Below, one piece after another: positions 1 through 10,110 of a stretch of 64,000 nucleotides of DNA. Below the pieces are notes generated by a model, which did no database searches, was not told where the DNA came from, and saw only the letters and a program-made list of their open reading frames with translations. The stretch is taken from contig NW_027272464.1 of NCBI RefSeq assembly GCF_040938485.1, forward strand, positions 62,001-126,000, read 5' to 3'. How positions within the stretch are numbered: position 1 is the stretch's first letter; each line of letters opens with the position of its first letter. This DNA comes from Diadema antillarum (lineage: Eukaryota). The translations under genes and the position numbers were made by a program.

Positions 1-1651
1 GCCTTCAGTTGTTCATCCCACAGCAGCCTCTGTGGTGTTCCTTCGGCCAAAACCTCTTCTACATGATGTTGTTGAGTAGTGAAAAGTGTGGTAAATGTAT
101 CGTGCTGTTCCTCGTTAAGTTCTTCACTTTCCTCTACAAAAAATTTGGATATAGTACAACTGTATCTTCCAGGCTGCTTATTCTTTGTTTCATTTTTGTC
201 TTCTCTTTCGTGGCTTGTTTCAAGTGCTTTAATAGTTTATCTTTCCTCATAAATCTATAATTTGTTCTAGCAGTAGGGGAGGATGTATCTGAAACACGCT
301 TCATCAGGGCTTGTATACTGCTTCGGTATATGGCACATGGGCCACGACGACCACTAACTGTTGACAAAACAGGACAATGAATATGACGCACTGTCTTGCA
401 GCCAGGGTGTTTGAAAACAGGCCGGCTTCCAAAGTCTGCTGTAGACAAATCAAAGCTCTCCGGCTTCCCTGGACATATGTAGCATGACTGAAGTAGATTC
501 AAACCACTTGCTGATTCTGCATGGGCTAGATTCTTAGGAAGATCACGGAATGGAGTATGAGAGGAATATCAATTACCCTACTGTAGCAGCGTAGGGTCCA
601 TGCACCATCATTCATAATTGTGATATATTTTTCAGTTATTCCCTCTGTATCCACTGTGAATAAATGAAGTCTTTCTTCCTGAAGACTGCTACTTATGTTC
701 ACTTTCAGCGCCTCTTCATACCAGGTTTGCAAGTCAATCTGATTTGCTGATGACGATGGACAGATAACACAGTCCTCTGTATGTTGAGCAAAGGTTACAA
801 ATGAGATATTGAGAATACACTGTTGCTTCTTCCTTTGCTTTGCATTCCAGCGAGTTTCTTTTCTGTCACACAAAATACAAATGGAAGGTGGATTCATGTC
901 ACTGTTATCCTGTCCCACATCTATATCAAGGGCAGGTTGGAGAACACCAGACCATTTTTCTTTGGGAAACAACCTGTCATGTTGCCCTCCACACAGCTGG
1001 CATGTACTCCTTAAATGCAGTTTTTGATGATCCATAGTCTCAAACCTGAAAGTAAAAAGAAAAAATAAATCAATAAAAAACCAAATGTGAGTACATATCT
1101 TTTCATATTATGTTATAATGACCAAGAGCTAACATAATCTCCTAATGGGTTATTTTTTAACTCAACACAGCACACTCAAGATGGCTTTGCCTCAAGATGA
1201 AAAAAACAAACAAACAATGGCTGAAAATGTAATGTTATTGATGAAGCATTTTCTTAATTACAAATACAACCACACTTGCTTGAGACCTGGTCTGCCGTGC
1301 TAGTCAGGCAAGTCTTGAATAGTGACAGCATGGAGCTAGGACTAGGTGAGGTGACAGTGTGGTACGTACACGCTGTAGGTTCTATTAGAGTAGTACATAC
1401 TTTAGTACATAGGTCTCCTTCCCTCCTTTATCAGTTTGTATTTGTAAATTGTAATCAAACCAACATGCACAAATGACTATGACATTGCAAATGTTCACAT
1501 GTTCATACATTTATGTGAGGACTCAAGGGTTGAAAAGAATGATTTTTCATTTCTTTCTTCCCTCTTTTCTTTGTTGTTTTTAATTACAAATTGTCTAATT
1601 CGCATGTAATTAGTCTTCAATATCTCACGGTGTTTCGGAAATAAACGCCAT
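1..1651 (-). pseudogene. Degenerate transposase-like gene: RAG1 N-terminal/Chapaev-type Cys/His zinc finger followed by probable P-element(THAP9)-type N-terminal region; runs off left edge
   Basis: ORF 526-1035 carries HQKLHLRSTCQLCG...LDIDVGQDNSDMNPPSICILC...FAQHTEDCVIC. Two frameshifts (~563, ~150) join it to ORF 134-502 (CYICPGKPESF...CAIYR...TNYRFM) and then to SKFFVEESEELNEEQH...TPQRLLWDEQLK at 1-145. Polypyrimidine+AG acceptor at 1046-1047; an in-frame first exon MAFISET(P) at 1629-1651 has a GTGAGA donor. Family assignment is from remembered motifs, not a search. Confidence 0.6.
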
Positions 1652-2683
1652 CGGTAGACGTTCCACCATGGAACATCAATGCATGGGACTACACAAACTG
1701 CAACTGCTCCGTAGACTTTGAGCATATTCGATTATAAACATGATTCTGAATTAATTATAGCTACAAATAGTGAATCTGCAGTGAAACAGATTGTTCAACA
1801 TGTAATACCTTCGTTTAGTATGTAAATCACGACAATGATACGACCAGCATGTGGCAGCGCAGTATGTTATTTATTGTCTCATCGGTGCAGCCTATTGTAT
1901 CACTGCACTATCGACACGATCGATAATGGCCGCCACGCTGTCCCGAACAAACACAAAGACAAATAACAGCTGTCTTCACATCGGTCTAAATAAAATGTAT
2001 GCAATTGTGTGCAGTCAATACTAATGTAAGATTGTACACTGTAACAACAGCTGTCAAAATATCTCCTGTAAATGGCACTCTAGAGACGAGAATTTATTAG
2101 CGTTGGCAAGGCAGTCCACACTTGCCTCTGGCCTGCACTCGATCGAGTATTGTGAGGGAATATATAATCACTAATGATTAACAAAGGCACATCATTACTA
2201 CAAGTCCACAAATCCAAAATATCTTTGTGTTACAAGTGTACTTACTTTTGTTCTTGCAGAAATCAGTACCTGGGTACTTTTACACTGACAGGGTCAATGA
2301 TGGCATCCTTCAGTCTAAAGAATACTCAGGACTGCTTTCACACAGACTTACACTTTCACTTTTCACTTGCTGAAGCTGTCAACATGCTTTCCCCTAAACT
2401 GCCACCATGTAACATTCTTGTCTTACTATCTTCCAACAAAATAACAATCAGACAGGGTTCTTCATTGTGTGGAAATGTAAAATTCACACTTGTACTCTAC
2501 ATGTGTTTTGTTGTGTATTTAGTTGAAGAGTGCCCACAGTTTGAATAGGCAGTATAACCATACATCAGAAACTTTACATAACATTACAGATATCTGTATT
2601 TAAATATGTTGTTTAACAAAAGCAACAACACTTTGGTTGAGATCAGACAGGACAAGGATCAACTTATTTTAACACTATTTTAA

Positions 2684-3066
2684 AGGGTGTGTACAGTTCT
2701 GGTCGAGGTGAGGATTTAGCTTTTAACGTTTTGCAAGATATTCAGAAACCACTCTATGAGATGTCAAAGAGCATGCAATTCTAAGGGGTATCAAAAGTTT
2801 ATTTGATGAAAATCGGTTTTGAAATGGCTGAGATATCCAAAAACAAGGTGAAACAAAGAGATCCTAATAAAGTTGTGGCCTGTCGCCTGTTATTATTATT
2901 ACTATTTTGGATATCTCAGCCATTTGAAAACCAATTTTCATCAAATAAACATTGAATCCTTCTTAAAATTACATGCTCTTTCATATTTCATAAGAGGTTT
3001 CTCATTATCTCACTTAAGAATGTTCAAAACATGAATCCCCACCTCAACCAGTACTGTACAGTCCCT
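2684..3066. mobile_element. 383-bp MITE, TTAA target duplication, AGGG...CCCT ends (Kolobok-like)
   Basis: Imperfect ~33-bp TIRs (AGGGTGTGTACAGTTCTGGTCGAGGTGAGGATT vs reverse complement of right end AGGGACTGTACAGTACTGGTTGAGGTGGGGATT). TTAA at 2680-2683 and 3067-3070. Copy B has the empty site (actattttaacata, ~7741-7754). Long internal inverted repeat. Confidence 0.9.
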
Positions 3067-3109
3067 TTAACATCAAGACTTTTACAAGTTTCTATCAAGC
3101 TGTAACCAT

Positions 3110-4031
3110 TATTCGTCACATACCAATCCATACTGAAGCGACCTGTGATGACACAATTCTTTTTAAGATCAGATTTTCAACATAGAAAATTATCCTGGGC
3201 CGACTCTAACCCACATTTAAAAGCAGCCACATCTTTAATCTCAATAAAATCATCTAACATTCCAGTTCTAGAATTAAAGTCACCAATCAAAACCACAGGC
3301 AAATCAAGACTAACTCGGAAATTTATTGAATCCTCGGATAAGTTGTCAAAAACTTCGTTATGGTGAAAAGGAGAACCTTCACAAGGGAGATAAACCGCAC
3401 CTAGAATAAAAGGAGTACATAACATATTATCATTATATTTCAACCAGAACACAAATTCCCAACAAGAGTCACCTATAACTTCAATCTGATTGGGAAGAGC
3501 AGATCTGACATACACAAAAATACTGTGAGCTCCCCCACACTTACATGTATGTTTCAAATTTTTCACTGGCATGACAAAAGACTGAAAACCAGAAATGCAT
3601 TCCAAATCCTCAGTAGAGTTACATTGGGTATCTGACAAACAAACGATATCAAAGTCCTGAACAAAATTTTCTCATACACCTAGTCTAAGCTTACTTTGCA
3701 GTCAAAACACATTTAAAGCAGCGACGTTAACAAAAGTCCTTTTTTGCTCTTCAAAGTCTTGTGAGACTTGGCAGGGGCCTGGCTGTTCCTAGCAGGATAG
3801 GAAGAATTCAAGCTCCACAACCTTCTTCTCATCCCATCCAACTTTCCAAAGGTCGTCAGGGCTGTCAATGACTCTTGTCTCCTCTCCTCCATTGACCACC
3901 TGTTTGCCATAGATGCTCCCATCTACAGACCAGACACTTTTCACGGACACATCCTTCTTAAGCTCACGCAGCATCTTGCTGCGCAATGGTGTCAAGTCGT
4001 CGTCGACATACACCCTCTTGTATGCCTCCAT
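3110..4031 (-). mobile_element. LINE (CR1/L2-like) fragment: ORF1 C-terminus plus ORF2 APE endonuclease N-terminus, copy A
   Basis: ORF 3789-4031 VYVDDDLTPLRSKMLRELK...VWSVDGSI. ORF 3177-3638 with DFDIVCLSDT just upstream, ILGAVYLP and VLIGDFNSRTG (APE motifs). No RT domain follows. Confidence 0.85.
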
Positions 4032-4400
4032 TTTTCGTAGGTGTCATTAAAATGTTGTTGGACATGAATCCATTAATGTGGCATGGTGTTCTTTGTTCTA
4101 TTTCATCCTTTCGTGGAAATTTCCAATTCTCTTGATTCAGAAGTACTTCTTCAGTACTACATAGTGCCTTGCCCTAGATCTAGTGTAGTAGGGCAGGCTA
4201 ATCTTGCTTCAAACTTGATTTTGTACCCATTATTTCAACTGCTTCAGGAATAGAATTGTCAGAAGTGATTCTTTCCCATGCTTGGGAATAAAGCCTCACT
4301 CGACCACAAGCTGGTTACACGTCATCATTTGTAGGCTATTGGGGTGTGATCGTGTCCTGGGGCATGTCAGTAGCCATTTTCTCTGTAGTGCTTTGTAGCC
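4032..4400 (-). mobile_element. DIRS-type reverse transcriptase N-terminal fragment (degenerate), copy A
   Basis: Manual translation with stops: GRVRLYSQAWERITSDNSIPEAV...EEVLLNQE...KDEIEQ...GFMSNNILMTPTKNGG. This resembles the DIRS1 RT start GRL..F...W..ITSD..IL..V...GF.S..FL.PKKDG; copy B reads TPKKNGG. Confidence 0.65.
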
Positions 4401-4711
4401 TTCCTGCGATCACGAAAATGTAAACAAAGAAAATGGCAACTGCATAGTTTAGCGAACTTTTCCAAAGTTATTCTGCCAATCAACATCGATCTATCATTCA
4501 AAAAGATACTCAGTATGGAAAGTTTTCCATAAACAAGGAGATCGAAACTGTACATCATTCAACTCTTAAGATCTAAGGTAGATCTTGATCTAGTAGAAGC
4601 TAGATGTACACCGTAGCTAGAACCATATAGGCATAGCATAGACCCCTATTGTATCGACCACATTAGACTCTGAGTCTTAGTATTGATGAAGGGCATTTTT
4701 CTTCATACTGT

Positions 4712-5140
4712 TGTAGTTACTGACCGCGCCACCCTACCCCAGGTGCGGGTTAATTACTACATGTGCACTTGCGATATCACGCTAGTGTTGTGGCTGAGCG
4801 GTAGGCAACCTTTACCACTCAGAATCTTACCTAAATATGTTATCTTACCTACACCTTACTCTAACAAAACTAACTATACTACTACAACTACTGCTTGGCT
4901 CACCTGCGGTTCCTTGAGGATCTTGCTTCGCGTTTATGGCTGATGACTGACGATTGGAGTAGAGTTTCAGGAATATACGTCCGTACTTGTAATCATTCAT
5001 CCAACCAGCGCCTTGGCCGTCCAATCAGGAGACAGGACTGCAGCCCCCCAATTTGCATAAAGCCCTCCCCGATTAACCCATTCTACTAACTAGGGATGTT
5101 CAACCCTACTTCCAAAAGACGAACCCAATTTACTGCTACA
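4712..5140 (-). mobile_element. Putative LTR (429 bp, TG...CA), 3' LTR of a Ty3/Gypsy-like element
   Basis: Minus strand starts TGTAGCAG at 5140, directly after a polypurine tract, and ends GTAACTACA at 4712 (5-bp terminal IR TGTAG/CTACA). No second LTR in the window, so the distal end and TSD are unconfirmed. Confidence 0.6.
4902..5058 (-). promoter_or_regulatory. Pol II promoter-like array inside the LTR with downstream splice donor
   Basis: Octamer ATTTGCAT 5051-5058, CCAAT 5021-5025, TATA-like TATATT 4977-4972, Inr-like TCAGTC 4950-4945 (about 29 nt after the TATA), CAG|GTGAGC donor at 4904/4903. Confidence 0.5.
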
Positions 5141-5166
5141 CTCCCCCCCCCCCCCCCCCCCATCCC
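5141..5166 (-). other. Polypurine tract (PPT) abutting the LTR
   Basis: Minus strand ATGGGATG(G)nAG immediately followed by TGTAG. Confidence 0.65.
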
Positions 5167-5773
5167 ATAAAAGAGGAGAAGCTCGGGGGTCTCGTCTTTA
5201 ACGTGGGTTCTCTGGTGGAACTCGCGGTCCCTTTCGAATTCTCCCAAGAGATTCCAGGGCGCTCGTCGCTTCGGTAGAAAACTTAGTCCGAGAGACAGCC
5301 CACGGTTCTCAACTTGTAAGAACACCCCAATCCCTGGTACACCGGAGCCTGCAGGGGTTCCCGGAGGATCGGGTAGCCCGAATTGGACTACTCCGCATGC
5401 TCAGGGGGAATCTCCCTGCCGATGTACCACTAACAACTATTAATTAAATCCCCACAAATTATCCAAACCTTTAGCCCAAAAATCCTAGGTCCCCACATAA
5501 TAATTCTCACATGTACTCCTTAAGAGTACTCGTCTGAACACAATACAACTATCTACCTAATTAACTCCTGAGGTCCACCCAAACTTTCGCTAACTCAACA
5601 AAAACCATCGGGGCACCTCGAGCAATGCCCAAAACACTGGGGCTTAACAAACAACAACTAACAATGCGACTCCCTAGGTGGGTCGGCGAAAGGAAAGGTA
5701 GAGACAGAAATGTAGAAGGAAACCAAAGGGCAAGGCAGAAAGGACAGCAAGAAAGGCCAGTCCCAGAGAATGC

Positions 5774-6650
5774 TCACATTCGGTAGAGCCTGTGGGCATT
5801 CACTGTGGCAGCGTTGCAGATCCGCTTCATTGACTCCCCTCGGATCTCGGCAACTGCCTTTGCTACCTCGCCGAGATAACGTGGCGAATTACAACGAGTC
5901 GCCGAGAGTGGCTTCAGGTGAGGGGCATCTGTGTCCAGCAGCAACCGCTGGAGGGGAAGATCCTGCAGCACCTGCTGGGACGGGAATGCCATTCGGGCAA
6001 ACGCCATGGTGTACCCAAAGTGACATTCTGGAAGTGCCGCCATCCACCTTTGTACCTGAGTCGTGGAGCCGGTGCAGCAATGCAAGTGGATCCGGGTATC
6101 CGGTGGACAATGCTTCTGCATGATCTCGCGGCAATGCTGATGAGCAGCCTCCCCATCGGGATCACCCCGACTGCCGCGCACATGCAGGACATGCACTTTC
6201 CCGATGGTCCCGATCCTCAGGATCCGTTCCATGAGGCCCAACTGGACGGTCCAGCGAGAATCGGGGACGGAGTAGTCCAGCCCCAGCTCACTGACTCCCG
6301 CGACTCTGGCGTCTTTGAACAATTGTTCCAGCACAAAAGATCTGCCGGTCGGAGGTCCTGTCAGCATGCTTGGGATGGATGCCCACTACTACCTTCCACC
6401 GGGCGTCCTCCGGGAACACTATGCTGGAGTAATGGTCGGGGTCACAATAATTTCGAACCCCTCCGACCACACTCACAGGCATCTTAGGAGGGCGGCCTAC
6501 CCTCCTCGTCAAGGTCGGACCCAGACCCTTAAGCTTGAGGAAATGCTCCATCCTGTCCAGATGGAAGTGGGAATCAATGACTAAGGGAGGGGAACCGGCC
6601 CCTTTGGCCTGTGGTCGGACGGTACCACGAGGGGTCCCTGCAGCCGACGC
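5774..6650 (-). pseudogene. tatD: Intronless TatD-family DNase domain with one frameshift, 5'-truncated
   Basis: Motifs in order: VIDSHFHLD (~6584-6558), VGIHP, VAGVSELGLDYS, VLHVR, IHLHCCTGS, LPLQRLLLDTDAPHL, NSPRYLGEVAKAVAEIRG. A single extra base in the A4 run at 6335-6338 separates ORFs 6288-6551 and 5774-6367. GC-rich relative to the flanks. Confidence 0.9.
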
Positions 6651-6664
6651 CCTACCTAGCTACC

Positions 6665-7109
6665 GCTGCCGCCTCGCCATCATTTTCAGGCACCCCTCGC
6701 ATGATAACATTGTCTCTCTTAGAATACTGTTCTACCTCGTCCAGTCTGTTGTCGTGATTTTGAATTGTGGCCTGCACCTTCTGCACGGACACCTGCGGGC
6801 CACTCACAAGTTGATGTGTGACGGACTGCACCATTGGCAACAATGCAGCAACCACAGCCTTCACTATGTCTCCCACAAGCTGCCGGTTTCAACCCTCACG
6901 GTCAGGGACAAGCTGCATTGCCCCCTCTACCACCTCATTAATCTTGAAAGACACATCAGTATCCCCTTCAATCTCAAGTGTGGCAAACTTGTTAGAAATG
7001 GTTGCCATGGCAAGACGAGGTCACAGTTGACAAGTGATGAAAGTAATATGAGCAGCAAACACAAAATCCAGTAGGTGAGACAGTGAAAACAAAACATGTG
7101 ATGTAGAGA
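6665..7109 (-). mobile_element. LINE 5' region and ORF1 N-terminal half (CR1/L2-like)
   Basis: From ATG 7008: MATISNKF...(one stop)...QNHDNRLDEVEQYSKRDNVIMRGVPENDGE, the LEQYSR.NN....G.PE motif of LINE ORF1. Breaks off into the TatD segment at ~6665. Confidence 0.75.
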
Positions 7110-7791
7110 TAACAACAGCTGTCAATATATCTCCTTTAAATGGCACTCCAGAGACGAGAATTTATTAGCGTTGGCAAGGCAGTCCACACTTGCCTCTGGC
7201 CTGCACTCGATCGAGTATTGTGAGGGAATATATAATCACTAATGATTAACAAAGGCACATCATTACTACAAGTCCACAAATCCAAAATATCTTTGTGTTA
7301 CAAGTGTACTTACTTTTGTTCTTGCAGAAATCAGTACCTGGGTACTTTTACACTGACAGGGTCAATGATGGCATCCTTCAGTCTAAAGAATACTCAGGAC
7401 TGCTTTCACACAGACTTACACTTTCACTTTTCACTTGCTGAAGCTGTCAACATGCTTTCCACTAAACTGCCACCAGGTAACATTCTTGTCTTACTACATT
7501 TTTTGTATCTTCCAACAAAATAACAATCAGACATGGTTTTTCATTGTGTGGAAATGTAAAATTCACACTTGTACTCTACATGTGTTTTGTTGTGTATTTA
7601 GTTGAAGAGTGCCCGCAGTTTGAATAGGCAGTATAACCATACATCAGAAACTTTACATATCCATATTTAAATATGTTGTTTAACAAAAGCAACAACACTA
7701 TGGTTGAGATCAGACAGGACAAGGATCAACCTATTTTAACACTATTTTAACATAAAGACTTTTACAAGTTTCTAACAAGCTGTAACCATTA

Positions 7792-8731
7792 AGGTGCATT
7801 CACATTGCATTCGACACGACAGCACGACACGACACAACGACACGACACACGACAGAAACAAATTACTCCAGTGCAAACCCAATGAGACCATTCACATTTC
7901 AAGCATGTCGTGTTGTCCTTCCTGATTCGACGAGGACACGACATAATTTGTCGATTTAGCAAATCGCTCTCAGAGCGATTTTTCAAGCACGACACACGAC
8001 ACTCTTTGCGGGGGTAAAGTTTTAGCCAATCACAAACAAGTATCCTCTTGTTAAGTTTGCTCATGTCGCTGGAAGCAGGAATCAAGCGAAGCCTCTCTAT
8101 GGACTTTTACATACAAATACCAAAGTTGTAATCGCTTAACCTTTTCAGTCCCATATATGTAAGAAACTGCGTTGTTAACACATTGAAGTCAGTACTAAGT
8201 ATTAATTATCTACGAAGGTGGATGGAGCATCTTTTTATAATAATTCATCAGTCTCACCTAAGGCAAATTGCCATTCTCTCGAGGGAAGATATTGCCGCTC
8301 GGAAAGTGGTGGATTGCTTCTCTATGTCGTCACTGATGAGGTGATGGAGTTGCGTGAACTTGTCAACACCCATTCTGAAGTAACCATAAAACCTGTCTTC
8401 ATGACTCAGTAATTCTCTCACCAAGTGGGAATATTCCCCCAGCGATGACCTCTTTTGGTTTATCTCATGCACCCATTCTCTTCTTCCTACTACAAACAAA
8501 TACGAGCAGGCGATAACCGCAGCTTCCTCATCATCAAATACGGGGGTCGCCATTTTCATTGTTTGTTGCCATGGTAATGGTATTAGATGGACTACAAATC
8601 GAATGACATCCAACACGACATTTATGGGTGTGTCGTGCTTAGTGTGAACGGAAAATCGAATGTCGTGTCGAAGTGTCGTGTCGTGTCGTGTCGTGTCGTG
8701 CTGTCGTGTCGAATGCAATGTAAATGCACCT
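7792..8731 (-). mobile_element. PIF/Harbinger internal-deletion derivative (940 bp)
   Basis: ~45-bp TIRs AGGTGCATT(C/T)ACATTGCATTCGACACGACAGCACGACACGAC. TTA TSD at 7789-7791 and 8732-8734; empty site accattattcg in copy A (~3105-3115). Contains the transposase N-terminus WVHEINQKR..GEY..LVREL...FYGYFRM...IEKQSTTFRAAISSLERMAICLR followed by a GTGAGA donor; no DDE core. Confidence 0.92.
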
Positions 8732-8734
8732 TTA

Positions 8735-9647
8735 TTCTTCACATACCTATCCATACTGAAGCGACCTGTGATGACATGATTCTTTTCAAGATCAGATTTT
8801 CAACATAGAAAATTATCCTGGGCCAACTCTAACTCACCTTCAAAAGCAGCCACATCTTTAATCTCAATAAATCATCTAAAATTCCAGTTCTAGAATTAAA
8901 GTCACCAAATAAAACCACAGGCAAACCAAGTCTAATTCAGAAATTTATCAAATCCTCAGATAATTAGTCGTCAAAAACTCCGTTATGGTGAAAATGAGAA
9001 CCTTCACAAGGGAGATAAACCACACCTAGAATAAAAGGAGTACATAACATATTATTATATTTCAGCCAGAACACAAATTCCCAACAAGAGTCACCTATAA
9101 CTTCAATCTGATTGGGAAGAGCAGATCTGACGTACACACAAATACCGTGAGCTCCCCCACACTTATGTTTCAAATGTTTCACTGGCATTACAAAAGACTG
9201 AAAACCAGAAATGCATTCCAAATCCTCAGTAGAGTTACATCTGGTTTCTGACAAACAAACGATATCAAAGTCCTGAGCAAAATTTTCTCATACACCTGGT
9301 CTAAGCTTACTTTGCAGTCCAAACACATTTAAAGCAGCGACGTTAACAAAAGTCCTTTTTTGCTCTTCAAAGTCTTGTGAGACTTGGCAGGGGCCTGGCC
9401 GGTCCTAGCAGGATAGGAAGAATTCAAGCTCCACAACCTTCTTCTCATCCCATCCAACTTTCCAAAGGTCATCAAGGCTGTTGATGACTCTTGTCTCCTC
9501 TCTCCCATTGACAGCCTGTTTGCAATAGATTCTCCCATCTACAGACCAGACACTTTTCATGGACACATCCTTCTTAAGCTCACGCAGCATCTTGCTGCGC
9601 AATGGTGTCAAGTCGTCGTCGACATACACCCTCTTGTATGCCTCCAT
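8735..9647 (-). mobile_element. LINE ORF1 C-terminus plus endonuclease fragment, copy B
   Basis: ORFs 9405-9647 and 8964-9254, near-identical to copy A (CLSETR, ILGVVYLP). Confidence 0.85.
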
Positions 9648-10045
9648 TTTTCTTAGGTGTCATTAAAATGTTGTTGTTGAACATGAATCCATTGATGTGG
9701 CATGGTGTTCTTTGTTCTATTACATCCTTTTGCGGAAATGTCAAATTTCAGTCTGAATTCTTTTGGATTCAGAAGCACTTCTTCAAAACTACATGTAGTG
9801 CCTTGCCTTAGATCTCGTGGGCAGACTAATCTTGGTTCAAACTCAAGTATTTTTTTTACCCATTATTTAACTGCTTCAGGAATACACTGTAGTATTGTCA
9901 GAAGTGATTCTTTCCCATGCTTGGGAATGAAGCCTCACTCGACCACTAGGTGGTGACAGGTCATCATTTGTAGGCCGTTGGGGTGTGACACTGTCCTGGG
10001 GTATGCCAGTAGCTATTTTCACTATGGTGGTTTGTAGCATCCCTG
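9648..10045 (-). mobile_element. DIRS-type RT N-terminal fragment, copy B
   Basis: PPSGRVRLHSQAWERITSD...IQTEI...KDVIE...GFM...TPKKNGG with frameshifts and stops. Confidence 0.65.
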
Positions 10046-10110
10046 CAATACTGCTGACAGTCTAGTTTGTGCCAGAACTGACCTATGGCCCCTTTTGGTG
10101 TCTCTCTTGC

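Larger units (their letters stand above)
2042..4408. repeat. Local duplication, copy A (paired with 7110-10049)
   Basis: Near-identical blocks read directly, e.g. aacaacagctgtcaa...gcactcgatcgagtattgtg at 2042-2155 and ~7110-7222; similarity continues to ~4408 and ~10049. Confidence 0.9.
7110..10049. repeat. Local duplication, copy B
   Basis: Homologous to 2042-4408; lacks the 2684-3066 MITE and carries the 7792-8731 Harbinger insertion. Confidence 0.9.

Noticed and set aside
4409-4711. TAG-rich segment between the DIRS fragment and the LTR as part of the LTR
   Set aside because: The best TG...CA inverted terminus is at 4712; the origin of this segment is unresolved.
5770-7074. Plus-strand ORFs 5770-6123, 5918-6487, 6315-6584, 6535-7074
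   Set aside because: Antisense shadows of the GC-rich TatD and LINE ORF1 frames; no recognisable motifs.
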